DNA of 64,000 nucleotides from a candidate division FCPU426 bacterium (GCA_963796105.1 CAWCKJ010000004.1:640001-704000); one strand, 5' to 3'; numbered from the stretch's first letter, positions 39,977-48,874 are shown. Numbers and translations are program-made. Notes: generated from the sequence alone by a model not told the origin.

Positions 39977-40203
39977 GGCCGGAAGTAAAAAATCCGCTAA
40001 TTATCAATTTCCTTCGGTTAAATAATGAAAAGCAATGGTTTTGAATTGTCCACGACGGGGAGGGTTGTACAACAATTATGAATTTTGAATTAATAGACTT
40101 GTCCACGACGGTGAGGTGGAAAGAACAAATTTTTGGTTGATATTTGTATCCTTCCTTGCCAAAAGGTATATACTTTAGGTATATACCTTTTAGGAGTTGA
40201 AAA

Positions 40204-40443
40204 ATGACCAAAGTCCTGTCACTTAAAATAAAAGGCGAGATTTTCGAGGATGTGGAATCCATAACCAAAATCCTTCAAATGCCCCGGAACGCCTATATCA
40301 ACGAGGCGTTGAATTTTTACAATGAGTTCAACCGCCGAAAAGGGCTCAGGAAAAAACTGCTGAAGGAATCCCTGCTCACACGCAAGAACTCCATGGACGT
40401 CCTGAGTGAGATGGAAAAGCTCGAGGAAGCCACCCTCGAATGA
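40204..40443 (+). CDS. putative RHH antitoxin
   Basis: LSLKI..PRNAYINEAL; overlaps the toxin start. Confidence 0.8.
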   Translation: MTKVLSLKIKGEIFEDVESITKILQMPRNAYINEALNFYNEFNRRKGLRKKLLKESLLTRKNSMDVLSEMEKLEEATLE

Positions 40444-40850
40444 AGATCAGGAAATTTAATATTTACCTGGCCGATCTAAGCCCGCGTTTCGGCACAGAGC
40501 CGGGAAAAACAAGGCCGGTCGTCGTTCTCCAAACCAACCTTTTAAATGACGCTCAACACCCCAGCACCATTGTTTGTCCTATCACCACTAATGTTATCCG
40601 TGGGGCTGAAATACTTCGGGTGCGCCTTTCCAAAAAGGGAGTGGGTCTCCCTGGGCCGAGGCCACGAGCCGAAGCCCGAGGTTTGGGTGTGCCGGTTCTT
40701 ACAGGAACCGGCCTTAAAAAAGATTCCGATGTATTGGTCGATCAAATACGCGCTATTGATAACCGCCGGTTCGTAAAACAGTTGGGTGAATTAAACCCGA
40801 TGGATAAGGCAAAGTTGATTGAAAACCTTAAGATTATCTTATTCGAATAG
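40440..40850 (+). CDS. PemK/MazF family toxin with ~22-aa internal insertion
   Basis: ADLSPRFGTEPGKTRPVVV..CPITT..DQIRAID. Confidence 0.9.
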   Translation: MKIRKFNIYLADLSPRFGTEPGKTRPVVVLQTNLLNDAQHPSTIVCPITTNVIRGAEILRVRLSKKGVGLPGPRPRAEARGLGVPVLTGTGLKKDSDVLVDQIRAIDNRRFVKQLGELNPMDKAKLIENLKIILFE

Positions 40851-40888
40851 TCGAAAAAATCGATTCTCTTTCCCTCGGATCTGGCGCT

Positions 40889-41149
40889 TTGGTGATTGGG
40901 GTTATATCTGGGGTTTTAGCTCTTTTGTTTTCTTTTATTAAGAGAACACGTATTAAATGGCTACTCGTATTATTAGCCCCTTTTATTCTGACTGAATTCA
41001 TTTACTGGACACCTGTTTGGTTTGCCCACCAACCTTCGGGGGAATATTCATCATGGGAGGGTTTGTTTATTGTGCCCTGGTATGGGGTAGGTGCTTTTGC
41101 GTCTGCTTTGGTTTGTTACTTGGTTGAAAAATTGAAAAATAATAACTAA
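40889..41149 (+). CDS. small membrane protein
   Basis: Three hydrophobic helices; AT-rich; start uncertain. Confidence 0.55.
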   Translation: MVIGVISGVLALLFSFIKRTRIKWLLVLLAPFILTEFIYWTPVWFAHQPSGEYSSWEGLFIVPWYGVGAFASALVCYLVEKLKNNN

Positions 41150-41267
41150 GCGATGAAGTGGATAAAACTATTTACCCCAAAGGTTTAAAATTGACGTTAG
41201 AGGTTGTTCCTTATGGGGACCCGTCGTGGACAGTTAACTGGTAACCGAATTGATGTGTTGGTGATTT

Positions 41268-41648
41268 TTACGAGACAATCTTTTTACGATATTTGACTTC
41301 CGGTAAACCCTCAAAATCAGCGTCTTGAGTCCAAATGACCGCGCCATGGGATTTCGCAACCGCCAATATGATGCTGTCGGCCATGGGAAGCCGGTGTTTT
41401 AAACTTAAGGATGCGGCCCTAAACGATAGGGCGGCGGTTAAATCCACCACCAACCCCTGGCGCATAGCGGTGGTTTTCTCCAAGGCTTCTTTTTTGCCTT
41501 CTTGCCGAAGTATGGACTTAAAAACCTCATACAGGCAAATCGAGGGGACAATGAGCCGTTTTTGGTCCTCGATGGCTGGGGCAAAGAATCCCGCGTTAGG
41601 CCCCCCCGCGAAATATTCCAGCCAAGCGGAGGAATCAACAACGTTCAT
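41268..41648 (-). CDS. VapC-type PIN domain toxin
   Basis: VVDSSAWLEY..LYEV..MADSII..WTQDADF. Confidence 0.92.
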   Translation of the reverse strand: MNVVDSSAWLEYFAGGPNAGFFAPAIEDQKRLIVPSICLYEVFKSILRQEGKKEALEKTTAMRQGLVVDLTAALSFRAASLSLKHRLPMADSIILAVAKSHGAVIWTQDADFEGLPEVKYRKKIVS

Positions 41649-41854
41649 GCGCGGTCTTTCTTATCGCGCGGAACATCCGTGTCCAACCCCTTAAGGGATC
41701 CGCGGAGGGTTCGCATTTCCTTGACCGGAACCAATTCGACGCACCCCTCGAATTCGATGACGTCGAATTTTTGTCCGGGTTTGATGTTCAACCCTTTTCT
41801 GACATTTTCCGGTATAACAACCTGAAATTTAGGGGAGACGGTTACGGTGCTCAT
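41645..41854 (-). CDS. AbrB/MazE-type antitoxin
   Basis: MSTVTVSPKFQVVIP..VR..LNIKPG; ATG 41854 after GGAGG. Confidence 0.9.
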   Translation of the reverse strand: MSTVTVSPKFQVVIPENVRKGLNIKPGQKFDVIEFEGCVELVPVKEMRTLRGSLKGLDTDVPRDKKDRA

Positions 41855-42035
41855 GGGTCCTCCATCGATAAGGTTATAGTACAACAATATCACTATCGAT
41901 AAAAACATTCAAGAAAGAGGCTCCAGACTCCTTTTGGGGCAAAGAATGAAGGGGTTTTTGGTCCCCTTGCGGGAATAGCAATCAATTGATATCATGATAT
42001 CGAATTTAAACTTACCATTCATTATGGAGGAACCC

Positions 42036-42287
42036 ATGGCCCAACTCATCGTCCGGAATTTAGATGACAGCGTGAAGATGAAACTGAGCCAAAGGGCCCG
42101 GAAGAATGGGCACAGCACGGAGGAAGAAGTTCGGAATATCTTGAGAAACGCGGTCGGGAAGGCCGGGAGCCGCGCCCCCGTGCCTTTAGGCGCCAGGTTC
42201 AAGGCGCGGTTCAGCAAGATAGGGCTGACCAGGGAAATCCCCGAATTGCGCGGGCAACATGCCAGGCCCGCCGGCCTGGTCCCATGA
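42036..42287 (+). CDS. FitA-like RHH antitoxin
   Basis: MAQLIVRNLDD..RA..NGHSTEEEVRNIL; ATG 42036 after GGAGG. Confidence 0.9.
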   Translation: MAQLIVRNLDDSVKMKLSQRARKNGHSTEEEVRNILRNAVGKAGSRAPVPLGARFKARFSKIGLTREIPELRGQHARPAGLVP

Positions 42288-42703
42288 TCCTGCTCGATAC
42301 GAATATCCTTTCCGCATTGATGCTTCGAAAACCGGATCCTACGGTTGTTTCATGGTTGGACCGCCAGCCCATTGAATCGGTCTGGACTACGACCATCACG
42401 GTATTTGAAATACGCTTTGGCATTGAGGGCATGGCGGAGGGGCGTAAACGGCATCAGCTGGAGGGGATTTTTAACCAAGCTTTGGAGGAGGATTTGGAAG
42501 GCCGTGTCCTTCCATTTGACTTGGATGCGGCTCGGGCATCCGCCTTGATCGCAGCCCAGCAAAGAAAAATTGGGCGTCCGGTTGAGATCCGGGATGTCCA
42601 AATCGCCGGGATCGCTTTAGCCCGCAAGGCCGCATTAGCCACCAACAATACCAGGCATTTTCAAGGGCTTGGGATCCATCTGATTGATCCCTCGAAAACC
42701 TAG
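42284..42703 (+). CDS. FitB/VapC PIN domain toxin
   Basis: ILLDTNILS..FEI..DVQIAGIA..LATNNTRHF. Confidence 0.92.
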   Translation: MILLDTNILSALMLRKPDPTVVSWLDRQPIESVWTTTITVFEIRFGIEGMAEGRKRHQLEGIFNQALEEDLEGRVLPFDLDAARASALIAAQQRKIGRPVEIRDVQIAGIALARKAALATNNTRHFQGLGIHLIDPSKT

Positions 42704-42770
42704 CCCTGGGGGCGGGGTTGGAATGACCCCGCTCCCTAGGCCGCTTCCCCGCCGCCTGGGCGGCGTGGCC

Positions 42771-43655
42771 TTAATGGCCGATATGCACGTTGACGTCCAC
42801 GCCGCCGCCCACGTTCAAGTTCAGGTTGGCGCTGCCGTCCGTGGCCAAATAAGTCCCGCCGTTGTTCACGTAGAGGACTCCCGAGTTTGGATCCTGCGCG
42901 TACCAGGCCCCGTCGTTCCAGAACACCCAGCGGCTGGCGGCCGGGTCATACCACCACCAATGGTCCTGGTAGCGGCGGGTGAAGAAATAACGGTCCCCGA
43001 TGTAAAAGCCGTACCAGTGGTAGCCGTAGCTGTCATAATAATGGTTGTAGATGAACCCTTGCGGGTCGTAATGCCAATAGTAGCGGTTCGGCTCGTTCTC
43101 ATTGGGATAGTCATAGGCGAAATTCCCCCCGTCAATGTAGGCCATGTGGTCGTGGATGTAGGGGTCATGGTAAAAACTTTCCCGGTCATATTGCCTTTGG
43201 CTTAGGGCATAACCGTCGGGCCCGCGATGGGGATAGACGATCCGGTCATGCCGCCTGTCCGCGACCATCAATTGTTTGCGCTCGAACCGCTGGGGGAAAT
43301 GCTCCACACCCATCGACTTGAACTTCGGGGGAACGGGATGGGGATCGCAGTAGCGCTGGACCGGACGGGGTGCCGCGGCATGGGGGGCGGCGGCGGATTG
43401 CGCGGCCCATTTGGGGCGCGGGGCGACGGGCCTGGCGGCGGCCCTGGGGGCCGGCTTCGCCATGGCATTGAGCGCGGGCTTGAGCGCCGGTTTCGCCATG
43501 GCCTTGGGAGCCGGCTTCGGCGCGGGCTTAGGCGCGTGCTTGGGCGCGGGTTTCGGCGTGGGTTTTGGTGAGGGGCCCGCCAAAAGCAGACCGGGGATCG
43601 ATAACCAAACTGCAGCTAGGAACAAACCGCTCTTATGACTCCAAAAACTTTTCAT
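42771..43655 (-). CDS. secreted low-complexity protein (Pro/Ala/Lys N-region, Tyr/Trp/His-rich C-region)
   Basis: Signal peptide; PKPAPK repeats; YYWHY..HWYGFY..HWWWY. Confidence 0.7.
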   Translation of the reverse strand: MKSFWSHKSGLFLAAVWLSIPGLLLAGPSPKPTPKPAPKHAPKPAPKPAPKAMAKPALKPALNAMAKPAPRAAARPVAPRPKWAAQSAAAPHAAAPRPVQRYCDPHPVPPKFKSMGVEHFPQRFERKQLMVADRRHDRIVYPHRGPDGYALSQRQYDRESFYHDPYIHDHMAYIDGGNFAYDYPNENEPNRYYWHYDPQGFIYNHYYDSYGYHWYGFYIGDRYFFTRRYQDHWWWYDPAASRWVFWNDGAWYAQDPNSGVLYVNNGGTYLATDGSANLNLNVGGGVDVNVHIGH

Positions 43656-43933
43656 CCCATCCTCCTCGATATAAAAATTTAATACGGCGAGCCAAGAAAA
43701 AATCCGGATTCCCCGGATCGCCTGATCCAGAAAAGCCGCCTGATCATTGAGTGTGTATTATAGGTTATCCGGCAATGATCAAGCGCATGAAAAGGGGGGC
43801 CAAAATGGGGTAATCACCACAGGGGCTCAGAGACCCAGAGAAAGGACTATCCCTACACACCTGTCCAAAACAATCTTTCGCCACGGATGTGCCGATTCTC
43901 CATAAATCTATAAAAGAATTTAGCTGTGCCTCT

Positions 43934-44030
43934 GTCCCACATCCCCAAAGATCCTTAATTGAATTGCGGGACTATACCAACCTCCTAAATAGTTTTATGG
44001 AAGGTTGGCATGTGCGGCGTGAAGCGCCAC
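43934..44030. repeat. tandem palindromes of the GTRCC/ATRCC family
   Basis: gtccc..gggac (43934-43972), ataccaacct..aggttggcat (43974-44011), short hairpin 44012-44030. Confidence 0.65.
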
Positions 44031-44058
44031 TGTGGTTAAACTTTTTTTGTCCGGAGTT

Positions 44059-44697
44059 TTAAGGGTTTTTGGGCAAAGACTGCGCGCTGGGCACACTACT
44101 ATCTTTACGCATCTGGGGCATCTGCATTCCCTGCGGCATTTGCACCCCGCTGGGTATCTGCATCCCATTCGGCATTTGCATCCCGCTGGGCATGGCCATT
44201 CCCGGGGGCATTCCCTGGGGCCGGTTTAACTGCGCCTGAGTCAGGTTGGGCTTCTTGCCGTTTCCCAAGGCCGTTTGGAACTTGGTGACGTGGTCCTTCC
44301 ACATGGGGCAGTTAAGGTCCCGGATGATGCATTCCGCCACGCTCATCTTGCACCCGCAGGCGCAAAGTTCCGTGTTGAATTGCGCCATGACGGAGGCCTT
44401 CTTTGCCGCGGAGACGCCCGTGAAATTGATGACCTTCAAGGCATCCTCGGTGACGGGAACCGGCGTGGTGGCGGGGGGAGGCGTCATCTGCATATTGGCT
44501 TTCAGCATGTCTTCCATGCTCGGCTGGCCGTTATTCACCGGCCGGGCGAACCATCCCGCCGCGAAGGAGATGACCATCAAGGCGCCTACGATGACGCCAT
44601 AGGTGATTTTTTTGCGGGTTTCCGGGGACAGGGATGGCGGTTCCGGCGTATTTTCTTTCGTATTTTCACTTTCAGTCGTCTGGTTTTCCTCGTTCAC
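44059..44697 (-). CDS. membrane-anchored protein with CxCGC..C..C motif and Met/Gln/Pro tail
   Basis: One TM; LCACGCKMSVAECIIRDLNCP; GMQMP repeats. Confidence 0.7.
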   Translation of the reverse strand: MNEENQTTESENTKENTPEPPSLSPETRKKITYGVIVGALMVISFAAGWFARPVNNGQPSMEDMLKANMQMTPPPATTPVPVTEDALKVINFTGVSAAKKASVMAQFNTELCACGCKMSVAECIIRDLNCPMWKDHVTKFQTALGNGKKPNLTQAQLNRPQGMPPGMAMPSGMQMPNGMQIPSGVQMPQGMQMPQMRKDSSVPSAQSLPKNP

Positions 44698-44960
44698 GCT
44701 TCCCCCTTGGTTTAAGACGTTTCAGGCCTAGGCGGTCATCATACCTTTTTTATTCTCCAAAACACAAACATCTCTCGTATTAAATTCGTCGGATTAAAGA
44801 AAAAACTTCCCTCAAAAATCTTCTTTTCACCACAGTCTGCCTTCGGCAGAGCACAGAGGCACAGTAGGGAAAAACTTCAGTATTTTAACGGCTTGAAATC
44901 TGCGACAACTAGCATTGGCGCGAAGCGCCACAGTTTTAAAGGGACAACCCTTCGGTGAAT

Positions 44961-45959
44961 TTAGGGCAGGGTCACGGATTGGTTCCAGGAATCCAATGAC
45001 TCGAAAGTGCAGCCCGCGGCGAAAGCGCCGTTCGTGATGCTGGTGGTATTGCTTTGGACCTGGGTGGAAACGGTATAGATGCTTCCCGATCCCGCCGGGT
45101 AGGCGTTCGAGGCACCGCTATCGGGAAGATTCACCGGCGAGGCCGCTGTCGCGTAGGCTCCGTTAAAAGTGTAGGTGCTGCCCGGGTAAGTTTCCAGGAC
45201 CGTCACCAACCCGGTACTGGCCGGATATAACCAGCTCACCTGGGTTACCGCGTTACCGTTGGTTGAATCGGCCGCGAGGGAAATGCCCCCCGCGGCGGTG
45301 ATGGAGGCCGAGGCCGTCACACCCTCAAAACCCGTGGATAACACGTAAACGTCATTCGCTTGGTAAATAAAAGTTGATGTGTAGTAATAACCGTAATACT
45401 GGCCGGAATAAGTGACGGGACCGCTGTAGGGTATCGGAACAGTGACCCCCGCTCCGGCAAGGGAGACGGCGGCGGTTGAGACGGGTTGGCCGTTAGCCTG
45501 GACCGCGACATAGGCCTCTATGGCGGCGACATTGTAAGGCGCTTGGTTGTTATCACGGATCAGTCCCGCGTTGTACCAAAGGATGCTGACTGTCGGGGTA
45601 GTCGTGAGGGTAACTGTAGGGCTTGCCGTTGGGGTGCCGGAAAAAGTTAAAGTGGGGGTGGAAGAAAAGGTAAGAGTCGGGGACGGAGTATGAGTGAAAG
45701 TTTGAGTCGGGGTCATGGTCTTCGTCGAAGTTGGGGTCGGCGAAAAGGTCATCGTGTTCGTAACGGTCTTGGTTGAAGTGGAGGTGCTAGTAAATGTAAA
45801 GGTGGAAGTCAGGAGTGATGAGGTTGGGGTTGTGGATGGCGTCGCCGTGGGGGCCGCTGGGGTGGGCCCCGATGAGTTGTTGCTGGAACTGCAAGCGCCG
45901 AAGAGGCCGGCTGTCGCCGTGAGGATGGAAATGAACAACCAAATATTCCTGTGACTCAT
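44961..45959 (-). CDS. lipoprotein of the GACS family with Thr/Pro stalk
   Basis: LFGAC lipobox; domain homologous to 33119..33898. Confidence 0.8.
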   Translation of the reverse strand: MSHRNIWLFISILTATAGLFGACSSSNNSSGPTPAAPTATPSTTPTSSLLTSTFTFTSTSTSTKTVTNTMTFSPTPTSTKTMTPTQTFTHTPSPTLTFSSTPTLTFSGTPTASPTVTLTTTPTVSILWYNAGLIRDNNQAPYNVAAIEAYVAVQANGQPVSTAAVSLAGAGVTVPIPYSGPVTYSGQYYGYYYTSTFIYQANDVYVLSTGFEGVTASASITAAGGISLAADSTNGNAVTQVSWLYPASTGLVTVLETYPGSTYTFNGAYATAASPVNLPDSGASNAYPAGSGSIYTVSTQVQSNTTSITNGAFAAGCTFESLDSWNQSVTLP

Positions 45960-46165
45960 CGGAAACTCCCTAAAACATATTCGTACGGCCTTACGACTGT
46001 TTTTCCACTACCTGAAAACGGGGATTATCTTAAGGGAAGTTGCCTAGATTCAATAAAAATAATCTTTCCCACAAAACTTGGAATTTGCGGGATTTCCTGA
46101 AATTCGAAATTTAAAGTTTCCGCCGTCAATTCCTAACTCCAAACTCCTGATTCCTAATTGCTGGC

Positions 46166-47254
46166 CTATCTGTAGACCGTTTCTTCGATCCCGTCCATGA
46201 ACCAGCAGAGGGAGCCGGCGCTCGCGTTGGTGAGGGACAAGGAATTGCCGACCAGGACCTCAAGGGTGTAGGGGCCGCAATGGGGATAAGCCGTGGACGG
46301 GATATTAAAAGGGGAACTCATGGACGCGGGACCGTCCAGAAAGGTCGTGTAAGAGTTGCTGTCAGACACTATGATCTCGTTGTAATTCCCTCCCCCCGTC
46401 CAACTGAAGGAGGAACCGTCCGGCGCCACGTTGAGGTTTCCCGGGTAAACGCCCGAGCCCGTGACGGTGCCGGCCGTGGTCACTATTTTGAGGCTGTAGG
46501 ATTGGCCTGCCGTCATGCCGATTCCGCCCGAATAGGATGCCAGCGTATAGCCGTTGTTCGTGACGCTTCCCGAATAGGTCAAGGGTGCCGACCCCCCCGT
46601 CCAGGACAAGGTGATGCCGGCGTCCGACACAGGAGATTGGTTGACGGCCAAATCGACAAAGGCGGCGTTGACATTAAAACTGATCCCCAAAATGCTCCCA
46701 ACGAAGTGGCCGAAGGATCCCTGGACATAAATCCCGCTGGGCAGGGCAAAAGGCGTGGGGCTCAGCGTCGGGGTGTAAGGCACCGAGGGGGTCCAGGGGC
46801 AGGGACTTGGGGTGATCGTGGGTGAATTCGTGATGGTGGGGGTAGCCGTGGGAGTGCCGGTGATCGTGGGAGTTCGGGTCTGGGTGGACGAGAGAATGTT
46901 GGTGGGGGAGTTCGTGATGGTCGGCGAGTAGGTGGCGGTAGGGGAGGAAGTGATCGTCGGCGTCAGGGTGATGGTGGAGGTGTTGGTGATTGTCGGGGAC
47001 AAAGTCTCGGTGGGGCTGTTCGTAATGGTCGGAGTGGGGCTGGCTGTGGCAGTGTCGGTGGAGGTGAAGGTGTCGGTCGGGGTGCAGGTATGACCGCTTC
47101 CATCCGCGCAGGCCGTGCTGGTCAGGGTCGGAGTGGGAGTGTGGGTAGCCGCGGGGGGAGCGGGGGAATTGGGACTGCTGGAGTTACTGCAAGCGCCGAT
47201 TAACGCGGCCGTCACCGCGAGGATGAAAATGAAAAGCCAAATATTCCTATTCAT
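46166..47254 (-). CDS. lipoprotein of the GACS family with Thr/Pro stalk
   Basis: LIGAC lipobox; AVNQSPVSDAGITL..IPSTAYP. Confidence 0.8.
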   Translation of the reverse strand: MNRNIWLFIFILAVTAALIGACSNSSSPNSPAPPAATHTPTPTLTSTACADGSGHTCTPTDTFTSTDTATASPTPTITNSPTETLSPTITNTSTITLTPTITSSPTATYSPTITNSPTNILSSTQTRTPTITGTPTATPTITNSPTITPSPCPWTPSVPYTPTLSPTPFALPSGIYVQGSFGHFVGSILGISFNVNAAFVDLAVNQSPVSDAGITLSWTGGSAPLTYSGSVTNNGYTLASYSGGIGMTAGQSYSLKIVTTAGTVTGSGVYPGNLNVAPDGSSFSWTGGGNYNEIIVSDSNSYTTFLDGPASMSSPFNIPSTAYPHCGPYTLEVLVGNSLSLTNASAGSLCWFMDGIEETVYR

Positions 47255-47390
47255 CGCAAACCCCCAAAATCATATTCGTTCGGCATTGTACCGATCTCAA
47301 TGTGGTTTTATGGATGATCGGCACAACTGGTCAAATATTAAGTGAAGGGAGAAAGTTTTAAAAGCAAATTGGGCGGTATTGCGGGTAAAT

Positions 47391-47423
47391 AAAAAACCCC
47401 GCCCCACGAAAGTGGAACGGGGT
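47391..47423 (-). terminator. intrinsic terminator after the XRE gene
   Basis: ACCCCGTTCCAC-TTTC-GTGGGGCGGGG followed by a T run on the minus strand. Confidence 0.65.
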
Positions 47424-47480
47424 CGAGTCCGGGCTACATCACCTCAGGAACGAACGGCGTTCCTTCCCCCGGAAAAATAC

Positions 47481-47705
47481 TTAAATGCCCTCAAATAAAT
47501 GATCCACATTGCAGCCCAGGGCTTTTTGAATCCTGACGATTTTATGGATCGTGATATTCCTTTTGCCTTCCTCCACGGAGCAGATCACCCTTCCGGACAA
47601 GCCGGATTCTCGAGCCACCTTTTCCGGCGATATCCCGTGCTTCTCACGGATTTTTTTGATGTTTTTCCCGAATTTTTGGTAGATACGAGTTTCTGTCGTT
47701 GCCAT
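47481..47705 (-). CDS. XRE family HTH regulator
   Basis: FGKNIKKIREKHGIS..VEEGKRNIT; ATG 47705 after GGAGG. Confidence 0.85.
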   Translation of the reverse strand: MATTETRIYQKFGKNIKKIREKHGISPEKVARESGLSGRVICSVEEGKRNITIHKIVRIQKALGCNVDHLFEGI

Positions 47706-47908
47706 AACCATCCTCCCATACATATTTTCCAATCACAGGTTTCATATTGTTTTCCTAAAGAGAATTTTTGTCTTATACCAAAGGTATATAAACGCGGGTA
47801 AATTTTCGGAAATTCGGGAAGGTTCACGGAATGGTTTAGGCTTCAGGAAAATATTTTTCTTGGAAAATATCCGGGTGCCGGAAGGAATAGGCCGCGAGGC
47901 CCGGCTTC

Positions 47909-48874
47909 TCAACCGGAAGTGATGGCGGGCCAGAGTTCCTCGGAATGCTCGCGGAGATTTTTCAATAGGAAGCGACGCCTTTGCCGCGTTTTCCCACCGT
48001 CCCCTTTCTCCCGCGAGGCTTCCCCGAGAATTTCCTGGTCCGCCGATTCCACCTTGTCGTAAACCGCCTGCCAGCGTTTCTTGATGGTGATGGGGGACAA
48101 ACCCAGGGCTTTGGCGATTTCCTCGTCAGTCTCCCCCGCGAGGGCCCGCTTCAGGACTTCCTGCTCCGCGCTGTTGAAATGAAAGCGGGGAGGGCCCATG
48201 AAAGCGATCGCCGCGGTGGTGGTGCCTGTTTTCTTGAGGGCGTCTTTCGTGGTGACCCCCACCAGGTAGGGATGGTTCTTTCCCGCGGTTTTGGGAAGAT
48301 ACTTGGTCCCCAGGAATTCCTTGTAATCGCGGTAGAGGTCGCAACCCATGTGGAGGATCATGTCCCTTTCCTGAGCGTCATAAACCTCCTCGGCGAAATC
48401 CTTGCAGCGGAAACCCCTCAAGAGGGTGACGAAAGCCTGGATGTGGAATTGCCGGATCTTATTGAACCCTTCCTGGTTGTACCTTTGGCCGTCCCATCCC
48501 ACGTGCAGGACCAGCACGTTCAAGCCCGCGCCGGCCTGGGCGTTGTAAACCTCGTTCTTTTTCAGGAAAGGGCGGGTTCCCCTTTTCCATTTCTCAAGCA
48601 CCCTTAAGGGGAGGAAAGGCGGAAGGGTGGTCTTGGCCTCCTCCATGAAACGGTCGGTGGCGAAAAAGGTGAGACCGAAGCCCACATGCCTTTGTCCCGC
48701 CGGCTGGTCGCGGTCCTCAATCACGTGGGAGACACAGGCGCGCTCCTCGAGGAGGGTTTTCCAGAGTGAAAGAACATCCTTCTCCATTTCCACGCCGTAG
48801 CGGTAGCGGGCGCGGATGAAGGGATAAGAGGGCTCCAAGTCGGCCATTTCGGTCAATCGGTAGCTCAGGTACAT
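47909..48874 (-). CDS. regulator with unknown (GNAT-like?) N-domain and LuxR-type HTH
   Basis: AEQEVLKRALAGETDEEIAKALGLSPITIKKRW. Confidence 0.7.
   Translation of the reverse strand: MYLSYRLTEMADLEPSYPFIRARYRYGVEMEKDVLSLWKTLLEERACVSHVIEDRDQPAGQRHVGFGLTFFATDRFMEEAKTTLPPFLPLRVLEKWKRGTRPFLKKNEVYNAQAGAGLNVLVLHVGWDGQRYNQEGFNKIRQFHIQAFVTLLRGFRCKDFAEEVYDAQERDMILHMGCDLYRDYKEFLGTKYLPKTAGKNHPYLVGVTTKDALKKTGTTTAAIAFMGPPRFHFNSAEQEVLKRALAGETDEEIAKALGLSPITIKKRWQAVYDKVESADQEILGEASREKGDGGKTRQRRRFLLKNLREHSEELWPAITSG

Noticed and set aside
41140..41202. Classical integron attC (TAAC...GTTAGAG after a small membrane gene)
   Set aside because: The ends are suggestive, but internal L-box pairing is poor, it is a single copy and no intI is present. 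At most a degenerate remnant.
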